Assembly (NCBI GenBank): GCA_036502945.1
Contig: DASXXR010000303.1
Span: 1-51,791 of the forward strand
Direction of reading: 5' to 3'
Source: Paraburkholderia sp.
GTDB lineage: Bacteria > Pseudomonadota > Gammaproteobacteria > Burkholderiales > Burkholderiaceae
DNA: 51,791 nucleotides
In this document: piece by piece, positions 1-10,321 of the stretch
Position numbering within the stretch: position 1 is the first letter of the stretch
How the letters are laid out: every line of letters begins with the position of its first letter
The notes under the pieces: generated by a model
The model's database searches: none
What the model was told of the DNA's origin: nothing
What the model saw: the letters and a program-made list of their open reading frames with translations, nothing else
Translations under genes and position numbers: made by a program

Positions 1-613
1 CCGTAGTGCGCGGTTGCCAGACGATCCGCTGCGAAGTGTATTCCGCTTATTCCGATGTTTAACTTCGCAACCCGCAACAGTGCGTTCCCGAATGCGGAAT
101 AGACCAATTAATTGTCATAAGTCCTGTTAAACAAAGAGAAATTCGTTTGCGCCGCGCTGCGGCTAGGTGCGTGTCAACCCGGATGTTGTTGTTCGTGCGC
201 TACGGACGGGCATTCGCGATAACGAGGATAATTGTTCGTTAACGGGAAAGTGGCGCGTGATTTATATGATTTTCAGCAAAGAACTCTTCCTGATAATGCG
301 CTCGCTACTTGTCAGACAAGACCTTAAAATGCTTTCGCCCCTTGACCAAGGGTGGTCTTTTTTATCTGTACTTTTTTTCACGCGGCTTTCGGGCCGCGTT
401 TTTTTTGAACCATTCAGTCTTATTAATTACCGATAGATTCCCGATCGGTAAATATTAATCGGCGTTTCGGAAAGCAGATTGATTGGTAAATGCTGGCCGT
501 TCGTCATAGGCGGGTATCGTTCAGCGGGCGCGCGCGTATAAAATGCGGTGTTCGTGCGGCGCTTGCACCGCGCTCGCGCCGCCCCGACGCTTACCAACGA
601 GAGCAGGATCAAG

Positions 614-1156
614 ATGACAGACACGCCCCCGCCGACGCTCGACGCCTCCATTCATTCAGCGCCTGAGACGTCTTCCGCCACGCCCGACGCACCCGACACC
701 CTGTTCGAGGCCCGCCTGTGGCGCGACAGCGGCTGGACGGCGCGCGTGATCAAGAACGAAGACGACGACGGCTGGGCTGTGGAAATGATCAAGGACGGCG
801 AGCCGGAACCGGCGCTTGTCGGGCCGTGGACGATGGGACGCGACAAGAAGAACCCGAAGCCGCTCGATACGTCGGCGTTCAACACGCTTGTCAAGACCGC
901 GTCGGAGGTGCTACGCCGCCATGAACAGCAATTGCATGCGCAACTGCATCGGCGTATCACGGTGGACGCGCTTGCCGGCGGCGACGTGGACGTGACACTC
1001 GACATCGTCCCCGACGAAGACGACCCTTACGCGCTGCTGACCGCGTTCAACCTGTTAGGCGAGCAGGTCGCACAAGTGCGCGTCGCGCCGAATTTCAAAC
1101 TGAGCAAAGCGAGCGCAACGGCATGGGTCGAAAACGATTTTCGCCTGCCCGGCTGA
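614..1156 (+). CDS. Hypothetical protein
   Basis: ORF 548..1156 with a likely ATG at 614 after AGGA; GC3-biased codon usage; no recognisable family. Confidence 0.65.
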   Translation: MTDTPPPTLDASIHSAPETSSATPDAPDTLFEARLWRDSGWTARVIKNEDDDGWAVEMIKDGEPEPALVGPWTMGRDKKNPKPLDTSAFNTLVKTASEVLRRHEQQLHAQLHRRITVDALAGGDVDVTLDIVPDEDDPYALLTAFNLLGEQVAQVRVAPNFKLSKASATAWVENDFRLPG

Positions 1157-1445
1157 CGGAAGAGCCGGGACCGGCGGCGCGGTTTTCAGCACTGCAGCGC
1201 TTCGTCGCTTAAGCGCGGGCCTGGCGGCGATTGTAGCCGAGGGCTCGTAGCACACGCATCCGGCAGCACGCATGCAGCAGCGCGCATCCGCTCAACGCCG
1301 CGCTGCTGCATGCATCTGCTGCGAGCCCCGATATTCGTTTGATGCCCGGCACTTAGCGTGCGTGCGCGCAGGTTGTCCACACCCTTGCTAACAAAATGTG
1401 TGGATAAGTTGCAGGCGGCGCACGGGCCGCCCGGCTTCGCCGGCG

Positions 1446-1880
1446 TCAGTTCCGCTTGCAGAAAATCGCGGTGATGTGTGGTCCGACATGATGCACGATC
1501 GCATTGCTGCCGGCAGCGGTGACGGCGGCCTGCACCTTTTCGTCGCCGCCGAACACGACCGCGCCGTAGGCCGACTTCGCAAGCGGTTCGCCGTCGCCGG
1601 GACGGAACAACGGGTCGTCCTGTTCGAAACCGACCACCGCGAATACGCTAAAACCGAAAGCCGTGAGCCGTACGCCGCGCGCTGGCCGGAATGCGTTGAT
1701 CGAGTTGGCTTCAACCCGCGTCGGCTCCGGGTCGATCAATTGTTGTTCAGCCAGATCCGCGATGAAGCTGTGTGCGGACACGTTGCAGGCGAGCGCCGCG
1801 TCCAGCGCGGCGGCAAAAGAAGAGAGCGGAAACGCTGCGGCAAGCAGCGTCGCGAACAGGGTGAAAAAAATGCGCTTCAT
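1446..1880 (-). CDS. Exported hypothetical protein
   Basis: Starts MKRIFFTLFATLLAAAFPLSSFA, a classic Sec signal peptide. Confidence 0.7.
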   Translation of the reverse strand: MKRIFFTLFATLLAAAFPLSSFAAALDAALACNVSAHSFIADLAEQQLIDPEPTRVEANSINAFRPARGVRLTAFGFSVFAVVGFEQDDPLFRPGDGEPLAKSAYGAVVFGGDEKVQAAVTAAGSNAIVHHVGPHITAIFCKRN

Positions 1881-2133
1881 GATTTTCAATCGAATGGTCT
1901 TCGGCCGCCGCGGCGCGATGCAGGCATACCTCGCGCGGCTGACAGCCGGACAACAGTGCGGCAACAGCCTGGTGACAGTCTAGAAAGTGTTGTGCAACAA
2001 CTTTGCAACAAAACCGGCACTTTAGCGGGATTCGCCCGACCTCGCTGCATCTGTAAGCTCGCAGGCCCTTGAAAATACACAGATTTTGGCCAGACCGGGC
2101 ATAAAATTGCAATCCCGTATATATTTCACGGTT

Positions 2134-2832
2134 ATGACTTCGCAAGAACACTCGCCCGCCATGCCCAAAAATGTCCCGTTACCCATAATGTGGGACGCAA
2201 GGCTAGCAAGGCGGCTTATCATGCCGCTCGTGCATACCCGCATAACGCCGAACCATCTCACCACCGTCCGGTTGTTTATCGGCCTTGCAGGGGGCATTTA
2301 CCTTGCCCGCGGCGGCTACGCGTGGACCAACCTCGGTGCGTTGCTGATCGTCATCTCGAATTTCGTCGACCACACCGACGGCGAGCTCGCTCGCGTCAGC
2401 GGCAAGTCGAGCAAAATCGGTCATTTCTACGACCTTGCATGTGACGCTCTCGTGACCGTTCTGCTATTCGGCGGAATGGGTTTCGGCATTCATGCGGCAA
2501 GCGTGCAAGGGTTGATCGGGTTTAACGCTTCGCCGTTCCTGCTCGGCTGCGTCGCCGGCGTTGCGGTTGCGCTGATTTTCTTCCTGCGGATGCGCATCGA
2601 GGACATGGAAGGCAAGGCCGGTACGAAGCAGGCTTCGATGGGCGGATTTGAAACCGAAGACGTCCTGTACTTGCTGCCGCTTGTTACGCTTTTCGGTGGC
2701 GTGACGCCATTTCTCGTCGCCGCGTCGATCGGCGCGCCGCTCTTCGCCGCGTGGGTGGTGGTCGACTACCGGCGTGTGTCGCGCCGCTGTCGCGTCGCGC
2801 CAGAAACCAGCCAGATGTGGGTTAGCCGATGA
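2134..2832 (+). CDS. CDP-alcohol phosphatidyltransferase family protein
   Basis: ITPNHLT and DHTDGELAR...G..YD..CD signature; hydrophobic; start uncertain (2086/2134/2161). Confidence 0.9.
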   Translation: MTSQEHSPAMPKNVPLPIMWDARLARRLIMPLVHTRITPNHLTTVRLFIGLAGGIYLARGGYAWTNLGALLIVISNFVDHTDGELARVSGKSSKIGHFYDLACDALVTVLLFGGMGFGIHAASVQGLIGFNASPFLLGCVAGVAVALIFFLRMRIEDMEGKAGTKQASMGGFETEDVLYLLPLVTLFGGVTPFLVAASIGAPLFAAWVVVDYRRVSRRCRVAPETSQMWVSR

Positions 2833-3662
2833 GCGCGCAAGCCCAACAACGAGACGCGACCCTGCAAGTTTCTCCCGAATTCGCCGCCGGCCCAGCGCCG
2901 GCGGCGAGCGTTCCGAATCCCGACCTGGCTGTGACGAGCCGCACGCGTGCGTTCGGCACGTTTGATAACGCGCAGTTGCGCAAGCAGTTCGCCGACCAGG
3001 GCGCATTCCTGTACCTCGACGACTTCCTCGCGCCTGAAGTGACCGCGCAACTCGTGACGAGCGCGCACGCGCTGCTCGGCGAGGTGAACCGCAACTATCT
3101 GCCGGGCCACAAGCAGGGTGGCAGCGTAAGCCGACATACCATCGACCGCCTCGCGCCGTTCATCGCCGAACTGTACCGGTCGAAGGAACTGATCGGCTGG
3201 CTCGAGCAGATGAGCGGCGACCAGTTGCAACTGTCGCCCGCCGACGACCCGCACGCGTACGCGCTGTATTACTACACACGTGCCGGCGACCACATCGGCT
3301 GGCATTACGACACGTCGTACTATGACGGCCGCCGTTACACGCTGCTTCTGGGTGTGATCGACGAATCGTCGTGCCGCCTCGATTACGAGCTGCATACCCG
3401 CAACCCCGACACCGCGGACGTCCCCGGTTCGGTGCAGATTCCGCCCGGCGGTCTGGTGTTCTTCGACGGCGACAAGTTGCGCCACCGCATCACGCCGGCG
3501 CGCGAAAACGAAATGCGCGTATCGCTGACCTTCGAGTACGTCACCAATCCGAACATGCGGCCGTGGCGCCGCGTCATTTCCAACTTGAAGGACGCGATCG
3601 CGTACTTCGGTTTCCGCCAGGTGTTCAACCAGTTCGTGAAGCGTAGCGGAGCGCGCGCGTGA
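2829..3662 (+). CDS. 2OG-Fe(II) oxygenase family protein
   Basis: HxD (WHYD), distal His (LRHRIT) and RxS (RVSL) motifs; overlaps the upstream stop. Confidence 0.8.
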   Translation: MSAQAQQRDATLQVSPEFAAGPAPAASVPNPDLAVTSRTRAFGTFDNAQLRKQFADQGAFLYLDDFLAPEVTAQLVTSAHALLGEVNRNYLPGHKQGGSVSRHTIDRLAPFIAELYRSKELIGWLEQMSGDQLQLSPADDPHAYALYYYTRAGDHIGWHYDTSYYDGRRYTLLLGVIDESSCRLDYELHTRNPDTADVPGSVQIPPGGLVFFDGDKLRHRITPARENEMRVSLTFEYVTNPNMRPWRRVISNLKDAIAYFGFRQVFNQFVKRSGARA

Positions 3663-4660
3663 CTCGGGCGGCGATGATCCTGCTGACCATTGGGGTCGCG
3701 CTCTTCGTCGCGCTGCTTGCATGGCAAGGCTTCGGGCCGGTCGCATCGACGCTGCTCGCGGCGGGCTGGGGCCTTGCGCTCGTCGCTGTGCTTCACCTGT
3801 TGCCGCTTCTGCTGGACGCGGGCGCGATCTCCGTGTTGTTCGACAGGCGCCGCGATCACATGAAGGAACGCGACGCTGTGTTTGCGCGCTGGACCGGCGA
3901 ATCGGTGAACAGCCTGCTGCCGGCCGGCCAGATCGGCGGACCCGTCATGATGGTGCGGCAACTGGCGCAGCGTGGCATGCCGATGCGCGACGCGGCCGCG
4001 GCGATCACGGTCAGCACGACGCTCCAGGCGATCGCGCAGATTGTTTTCGCAATGCTCGGGCTGCTGCTGTTCGGCGCATCGGTGCACGGCGCGCTGCACA
4101 ACCTGCAGACCGCGGCGTTTATCGCGACGGCGGTGCTCGCCGCGATGGTCGTCGGGTTCTACCTCGCGCAGCGGCGCGGCCTGTTCGGGCGTTCGCTGCG
4201 GGTCGTGTCGAAAGTGTTCGGCAAGCGCGACTGGTCGTCGCTGACGACGCGCGCCGACGCCGTCGACGCCGCCGTGCATGCGCTCTATAGCGAGCGCGGA
4301 AAAGTGGCCGCGAGTTTCGCATTGAGCCTCGCAGGCTGGATCGTCGGCACGGCGGAAGTCTGGCTTGCGCTGCGCTTTCTCGGCCATCCCGTGGACTGGG
4401 TCGACGCGCTGCTGCTCGAAAGCGTCGGCCAGGCGATCCGCGGCGCGGCCTTCGCGATTCCGGGCTCGCTCGGCGTCCAGGAAGGCGGCTATCTGCTGCT
4501 CGCGCCGCTCGTCGGCCTGCCGCCCGAGGCGGCGCTGGCGCTGTCGCTGTCGAAGCGCGCGCGTGAGCTGCTGCTCGGCCTGCCGGGGCTTCTCTATCTG
4601 CACTTCAGCGAACGTAGCTGGCAGCGGCGGCGTACAACGCGCATGCCGGCCACTGATTGA
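3659..4660 (+). CDS. Lysylphosphatidylglycerol synthase TM / flippase-like (HpnL-like) membrane protein
   Basis: Multi-TM; LLPAGQIGG and IPGSLGVQEGG motifs. Confidence 0.8.
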   Translation: MTRAAMILLTIGVALFVALLAWQGFGPVASTLLAAGWGLALVAVLHLLPLLLDAGAISVLFDRRRDHMKERDAVFARWTGESVNSLLPAGQIGGPVMMVRQLAQRGMPMRDAAAAITVSTTLQAIAQIVFAMLGLLLFGASVHGALHNLQTAAFIATAVLAAMVVGFYLAQRRGLFGRSLRVVSKVFGKRDWSSLTTRADAVDAAVHALYSERGKVAASFALSLAGWIVGTAEVWLALRFLGHPVDWVDALLLESVGQAIRGAAFAIPGSLGVQEGGYLLLAPLVGLPPEAALALSLSKRARELLLGLPGLLYLHFSERSWQRRRTTRMPATD

Positions 4661-4684
4661 TCCATTTAGAAAAAAGGACCGCGA

Positions 4685-5449
4685 ATGCGCGCCATCATTC
4701 TTGCCGCAGGCCTTGGCCTGCGTCTCCAGCAGCCGCTCGGAGAACAGTATCCCAAATGCCTGTTGCGCTTCGACGGCATGACGCTGCTCGAGCGGCATCT
4801 GCAGATGCTGGACGCGGCGGGAGTCGACGAGGTTGTGCTTGCCCTGGGCTTCCAGCCGGAATCGGTTGAAGCGGAATTGAAGCGGATCGGCTGGCCGCGG
4901 CCGGTGGAGATCATGCTCAATGAGCGCTACGACCTGGGCAGCGTGCTAACGGTGCATACAGTGGCCGATGCGCTCACGCGCGGCGGCGACGTGCTGCTGA
5001 TGGATGCGGACGTGCTGTATGACGAGCGGATTCTGTCGGCGCTGGTGGCCGGTGAACATGCGAACCGGCTCCTGATCGACCGCGACTTCGAGACCGGCGA
5101 CGAGCCGGTGAAGCTGTGTCTGCAAGACGGCGTGCCGGTGGAGCTGAGAAAGCAACTGGCGGTGAATCTGGAGTACGACACGATCGGCGAGTCGGTGGGT
5201 TTCTTCCGGCTGCGCGAAGAGACGGCGAAGCGCTTTGCGCAGATCGTCGCGGGCTATGTGGACAGCGGCCGCGCGAACCTGCCGCACGAAGAAGCGGTGC
5301 GCGATCTGCTGCTCGAACGCAGCCACGCGTTCGAAACCGCCGACGTGACCGGTGCTCCGTGGATCGAAATCGACTTCCCGAACGACGTCGAACGCGCGGC
5401 CGCCGAGATTCTGCCGCTGCTGCAACCGCTCGTGGGCGCAGCGCGCTAG
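4685..5449 (+). CDS. Nucleotidyltransferase (LicC/PntC-like cytidylyltransferase)
   Basis: AIILAAGLGLRL..PKCL N-terminus; WIEIDFPND C-terminal motif. Confidence 0.85.
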   Translation: MRAIILAAGLGLRLQQPLGEQYPKCLLRFDGMTLLERHLQMLDAAGVDEVVLALGFQPESVEAELKRIGWPRPVEIMLNERYDLGSVLTVHTVADALTRGGDVLLMDADVLYDERILSALVAGEHANRLLIDRDFETGDEPVKLCLQDGVPVELRKQLAVNLEYDTIGESVGFFRLREETAKRFAQIVAGYVDSGRANLPHEEAVRDLLLERSHAFETADVTGAPWIEIDFPNDVERAAAEILPLLQPLVGAAR

Positions 5450-5673
5450 GTCGAATGCCGGCGAGGGTGGCAGCCCGGTTGCGCTGCTGCCCGGCAAACT
5501 TTCCGCTGTATCGAATCGTGCGCTGAATGGTGTCGGCGCACGATCTTCTGCTTGATCCCAGCCCCCAAAGACCAACACGCGTCGCCGCATTCGGGCTTTC
5601 GCCGTATCGCACGGCGCAATGCGATAATCGCGGCTTTTACGCCGACGGCTTTCGCCGCCGTCGCACGCATTCC

Positions 5674-7077
5674 ATGCCTCTTGCATTAGGCGCCTTCATC
5701 GTTCCCCTGATCGTCGCGTGTGCGATGTTCATGGAAAATGTCGACTCGACGGTTATCGTCACGTCCCTGCCGGTTATCGCCCGCGACTTCGGGCACGATC
5801 CGATCACGCTGAAGCTCGCGGTCACGAGCTACGTGATCGGCCTCGGCGTCTTCATTCCGATCTGCGGCTGGGTCGCCGACCGCTTCGGCTCGCGCACCGT
5901 GTTCCGCACGGCGATCGGCATCTTCGTCGTGGGTTCGCTGATGTGCGCGGCGTCGATGTCGTTGCCCGCGCTGGTAGCGGCGCGCTTCGTGCAAGGCATC
6001 GGCGGCGCGATGATGGTGCCGGTGGGGCGCATCATCATTTTCCGTTCAATGCCGAAGTCGGACTTCATTCGCGCGGTCAACTATCTGACGGTGCCCGCGT
6101 TGCTCGGGCCGGTTGTCGGGCCGCCGCTCGGCGGCTTCATCACGACGTATCTGCACTGGCGGCTGATTTTCTTCATCAACATCCCGATCGGCCTGTTCGG
6201 TATCTGGCTCACGAACCGGCACATCCAGAACATCCGCGAAGCGCATCCCGGCCCGCTCGACTGGATTGGCTTCGGGCTGTCCGCGAGCGGCGCATCGCTG
6301 TTCATGCTGGGGCTGTCGCTCGTCGGCGGCGAACTCGTGACGAATACCGCGTCGATCGTCATGTGCGTAATGGGCGCCGCGCTGCTCTTCGTGTATTGGC
6401 TATATGCGAGCCGGGTGGAGTCGCCGGTGCTCGACCTGCGGCTGCTGCGCATTCCTAGCTTTCACGCGAGCGTCGCGGGCGGGTCGCTGTTTCGCATCGG
6501 GCTGGGCGCGGTGCCGTTTCTGCTGCCGCTCGCGTTGCAGGAAGGGCTCGGCATGACCGCCTTTGCGTCGGGTTCGATTACCTGCGCGTCGGCGTTCGGC
6601 GCGATCTTCATGAAGACGATCGCTTCGCCGGTGCTCGGGCGTTTCGGTTTCCGCACTGTGCTGATGTTCAACGCGGCCTTCGCCGGCATCGCGATCGCGA
6701 TTTACGGCCTGTTCTTTCCGGGCACGCCGCACTGGTTGATCTGGTGTGTCGTGCTGGTCGGCGGCATTTTTCCTTCGCTGCAGTTCACGTCGCTCAATTC
6801 GCTTGCGTACGCCGACATTCCGAGCAGCGACGTCGGCCGCGCGACGGGTGTCGCCAGCGTGATCCAGCAACTGTCGCTCGGTCTCGGCGTGACAATCGCG
6901 GGCATCGTGCTACAGGTTTCGCATGACCTGCAGGGGCACGCGACGATCGTCTGGTCGGATTTCTGGCCCGCGTTTCTCGCCGTCGGACTGTTCTCGTTTG
7001 CATCGATTCCGGTGACCGCGCGTTTGCCGCAGGGCAGCGGCGACGAACTCGCGCGCGGCGGCCGCGGCCGCGCCTGA
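5674..7077 (+). CDS. DHA2-family MFS transporter
   Basis: FMENVDSTVIVTSLP, GWVADRFGSR, GPPLGG and WRLIFFINIPIG motifs; about 14 TM segments. Confidence 0.9.
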   Translation: MPLALGAFIVPLIVACAMFMENVDSTVIVTSLPVIARDFGHDPITLKLAVTSYVIGLGVFIPICGWVADRFGSRTVFRTAIGIFVVGSLMCAASMSLPALVAARFVQGIGGAMMVPVGRIIIFRSMPKSDFIRAVNYLTVPALLGPVVGPPLGGFITTYLHWRLIFFINIPIGLFGIWLTNRHIQNIREAHPGPLDWIGFGLSASGASLFMLGLSLVGGELVTNTASIVMCVMGAALLFVYWLYASRVESPVLDLRLLRIPSFHASVAGGSLFRIGLGAVPFLLPLALQEGLGMTAFASGSITCASAFGAIFMKTIASPVLGRFGFRTVLMFNAAFAGIAIAIYGLFFPGTPHWLIWCVVLVGGIFPSLQFTSLNSLAYADIPSSDVGRATGVASVIQQLSLGLGVTIAGIVLQVSHDLQGHATIVWSDFWPAFLAVGLFSFASIPVTARLPQGSGDELARGGRGRA

Positions 7078-7171
7078 CGCAGGCGGCGGGGTTCGCAACC
7101 GATCATTGGCATGTTATAAGCCCAAGGCAGGCTTTTTCGTCTAACGTAAAAACTGTCATGGAGGATACCCA

Positions 7172-8902
7172 ATGAAGGCAAACAATAAAACGAAACTCTC
7201 CATCGCGAGCCTGGCATTTGCCGGGCTCGTATCACTTTCTGCGGGCTTTCTCGAATCTGCACCGGCCTGTGCCAAGGCTCCCGCGAAACAGCAGGCGGTT
7301 CTTTCCGCATCGGCGATCGCGGTTGCCGACAAATACGGCGCGGATACCGCCGAACAGATCTTCAAGGAAGGGGGCAATGCGGTCGATGCTGCAGTCGCCA
7401 TTGCGTTTACGCTAGCCGTGACGTATCCGGAAGCGGGCAATATCGGCGGCGGCGGTTTCATGACGCTGTATGTGAACGGCAAGCCGTATTTCATCGACTA
7501 CCGCGAGCGTGCGCCGCTCGCGGCGACACGAACGATGTACCTGGACGATCAGGGTAACGTCATCCAGGGCAAGAGCCTGTACGGCTACTACGCGGTCGGC
7601 GTGCCGGGCACGGTGGCGGGCATGTGGGAAGCGCAGCAGCGTTTTGGCAAGCTGAAGTGGAAGCAGGTGCTGGCGCCCGCCATCCAGTACGCGCGCGACG
7701 GCTTTATTGTCGACGCGCTGTTGCAGCAGCGCCGCGACAACGCGGCAAAAGACTTCGCTGGCAAGACGAATTTCGATACGTACTTCGGCAGCATGAAAGA
7801 GGGCGAGAACTTCAAGCAGCCCGATCTCGCCGCTGTGCTGACGCGCATTGCGAACAACGGCGCGAAAGAGTTCTACAACGGCAAGACCGCCGATCTGATC
7901 GCCGCGGCGATGCGCGGTCACGGCCCGATGACGAAGCGCGATCTGCAGGATTACAAGGCGGTATGGCGTCAACCGGTGCAGGCGGAATGGAACGGCTATC
8001 GCGTGATCACCGCACCGCCGCCGAGTTCGGGCGGCGTCGGCCTCGTGCAACTGCTGAAAATGAAGGCGGATCTCAAGCCGGATTTCAACGAGGTCACGCT
8101 CAATTCGCCGCAGTACATTCATTTGATGGCGGAGATCGAGAAGCGCGTGTTCGCGGACCGCGCGCAGTATCTCGGCGACCCGGATTTCTACAAGGTGCCG
8201 GTCGCGCAATTGACCGACGACGCGTATCTCGCGAAGCGTGCGGCCGAAGTCAACCCGAATGCGCTGTCGGATACGAAGAGCGTACAACCCGGGCTCGGCA
8301 CATCGATGCCGGAGAAGGCGGAAACGACGCATTTCTCGGTCGTCGACAAATGGGGTAATGCCGTATCGAACACTTATACGGTGAACGGCTATTTTGGTTC
8401 GGGGGTGGTCGCAGAAGGCACCGGTATCGTGTTGAACGACGAGATGGACGACTTTGCGGCAAAGCCAGGCGTGCCGAACATGTTCGGCGTAGTGGGCAGC
8501 GACGCGAATGCGATCGAGCCGAAGAAGCGCCCGCTGTCGTCGATGACGCCGACTATCCTGACAAAGGACGGCAAGGTGTCGCTGGTGGTCGGCACGCCGG
8601 GCGGATCGCGCATTTTCACGTCGATCTTCCAGGTCATCACCAATGTGTACGACTTCAATATGCCGCTGAGCGACGCGGTGGCCGCGATGCGCTTTCATCA
8701 TCAGTTGCTGCCGCCGAACACGATCTACTGGGAGCCGTATGCGCCGATCGACGGCGAGCTCGCCCAGCAGATCGAAGCGAAAGGTTATGTGTTGCAGAGG
8801 CAGAACTTCAATGGCGACATTCAGGCGATCAAGATCGACGGCGATACACCGGAAGCCGTCGCCGACCCGCGCGGTCGCGGGGTGACACGGGTGATTCAGT
8901 AG
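7172..8902 (+). CDS. ggt: Gamma-glutamyltransferase
   Basis: Signal peptide; GGNAVDAA, GNIGGGGF, catalytic ETTHFS, LNDEMDDF, PLSSMTP and GTPGGSRI motifs. Confidence 0.95.
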   Translation: MKANNKTKLSIASLAFAGLVSLSAGFLESAPACAKAPAKQQAVLSASAIAVADKYGADTAEQIFKEGGNAVDAAVAIAFTLAVTYPEAGNIGGGGFMTLYVNGKPYFIDYRERAPLAATRTMYLDDQGNVIQGKSLYGYYAVGVPGTVAGMWEAQQRFGKLKWKQVLAPAIQYARDGFIVDALLQQRRDNAAKDFAGKTNFDTYFGSMKEGENFKQPDLAAVLTRIANNGAKEFYNGKTADLIAAAMRGHGPMTKRDLQDYKAVWRQPVQAEWNGYRVITAPPPSSGGVGLVQLLKMKADLKPDFNEVTLNSPQYIHLMAEIEKRVFADRAQYLGDPDFYKVPVAQLTDDAYLAKRAAEVNPNALSDTKSVQPGLGTSMPEKAETTHFSVVDKWGNAVSNTYTVNGYFGSGVVAEGTGIVLNDEMDDFAAKPGVPNMFGVVGSDANAIEPKKRPLSSMTPTILTKDGKVSLVVGTPGGSRIFTSIFQVITNVYDFNMPLSDAVAAMRFHHQLLPPNTIYWEPYAPIDGELAQQIEAKGYVLQRQNFNGDIQAIKIDGDTPEAVADPRGRGVTRVIQ

Positions 8903-8993
8903 GGGGCGGGTGACCGAGCATCGACGTGCAATCTCACGGTATTGCGAGGTGGGCGTCGACGGACGCCCATTGGGTCTTGACCGGCTCCTCTAG

Positions 8994-9018
8994 CTGGACT
9001 AATATGGGCTAAGTCCAG
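8994..9018. promoter_or_regulatory. Inverted repeat, likely TA operator
   Basis: CTGGACT-N11-AGTCCAG just upstream of the antitoxin RBS; type II TA loci autorepress through such palindromes. Confidence 0.5.
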
Positions 9019-9029
9019 TAGGAGCGAAT

Positions 9030-9266
9030 ATGCAAACGGTCAACATTCACGAAGCAAAAACGAACTTTTCCAGGCTCGTTGACGCGGCCGCAGGCGGTGA
9101 GGAAATCATCATCGCCAAGGCGGGCAAACCGGCCGCGCGGCTGGTCCCCATGGAGCAGACCAAGGTGTCGCGCCGGTTTGGTCTGCTAAAAGGCAAGATC
9201 CAGATTGCCGACGATTTTGACGCTCCGTTGCCCGACGACGTGATTGCCACGTTCGAGGGTCGCTGA
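9030..9266 (+). CDS. Phd/YefM family antitoxin
   Basis: VNIHEAKTNFSRLV..GEEIII.KAGKP.ARLVP. Confidence 0.9.
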   Translation: MQTVNIHEAKTNFSRLVDAAAGGEEIIIAKAGKPAARLVPMEQTKVSRRFGLLKGKIQIADDFDAPLPDDVIATFEGR

Positions 9267-9643
9267 TGCGCCTGCTTTTAGACACGCATATTTATTTGTG
9301 GGTCGTTGCCGATGACCGCAAGCTTTCCAGAAGTGCTCGCAAGCTTATTTCCGATGCGGACGAAGTTTTCATCAGCAGTGCAAGCATTTGGGAGGCGTCT
9401 ATTAAAGTCGGTCTGGGCAAGCTGGATGTCGACGTAAGACAACTCGTGTCCACCATTAACGCGGGCGGTTTTTCCGAACTGCCGGTGCGGGCGGCGCATG
9501 CCGCGATGGTGCGCGACTTGCCCGACATTCACCGGGATCCATTTGATCGGCTTCTGGTCGCGCAAGCTTTGTGTGAACCGCTTCGACTTGTCACGGCGGA
9601 CAGTCACCTCGCTGGTTATACCGATCTTGTCATCTCTGTATAG
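9266..9643 (+). CDS. vapC: PIN-domain VapC toxin
   Basis: LLLDTH, S..SIWE, HRDPFDRLL, LVTAD; translationally coupled to the antitoxin. Confidence 0.9.
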   Translation: MRLLLDTHIYLWVVADDRKLSRSARKLISDADEVFISSASIWEASIKVGLGKLDVDVRQLVSTINAGGFSELPVRAAHAAMVRDLPDIHRDPFDRLLVAQALCEPLRLVTADSHLAGYTDLVISV

Positions 9644-9797
9644 GACAAGCGACGAGTGATACTTGGTTAGTCAACGCATCATTGTCGCGCGCCGAAAGTT
9701 CAAGCCATCCCCATGGGTCGAGAATCAATGCGGCGGACCGAACCGAAGAGGCACTGGCCGCCCAAGCCCCTCAAACCCAGGGGCGGAGGAGGAGACA

Positions 9798-10196
9798 ATG
9801 GCCAGAGCCGCGAAACCTTCAGAACACACGCCACCAGCTGAAGCGCGCATCGAATCGCTAAGCGCGGTGACGCTCGCCACCCGCGACATGGCGCGCGCCG
9901 TGCCGTTCTACGAGGCGCTTGGTTTCCCGCGCTCGTACGGCGGCCCCGACGCCGCATTTACATCATTTGCATTCGGCCCGTCGTACCTGAACCTGATCGC
10001 GCAGACGCACGGGCCGATTCACGGGTGGGGCCGCGTGATCCTCCACGTCTCCGACGTCGATGCCCTCTATCAAAGGGCGCTCAGCGCGGGCCTCGTGCCG
10101 GAATTCGCGCCGTCCGATGCATCGTGGGGCGAACGCCATTTTCATATTACCGATCCGGATGGCCATCAACTAAGCTTCGCAAGGCGTCTGCGGTAA
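9798..10196 (+). CDS. VOC/glyoxalase family protein
   Basis: VTLATRDMARAVPFYEALGF and WGERHFHITDPDGH motifs; GGAGGAG RBS. Confidence 0.85.
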   Translation: MARAAKPSEHTPPAEARIESLSAVTLATRDMARAVPFYEALGFPRSYGGPDAAFTSFAFGPSYLNLIAQTHGPIHGWGRVILHVSDVDALYQRALSAGLVPEFAPSDASWGERHFHITDPDGHQLSFARRLR

Positions 10197-10321
10197 ACTC
10201 AGCGGGTATCGTGCAGCGGGACGGTCGCGCGGCGAGGTAACACGGCTGACACCTCGCGCTTCGATAATCGATCCGTCGGCGCTGCCGTTCTTGTGCAGCG
10301 CGCAACCGTGGAGAAAACGCG

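Noticed and set aside
167-436. 89-aa ORF in the AT-rich leftmost region
   Set aside because: Atypical composition, no RBS or motif; more likely an intergenic regulatory region
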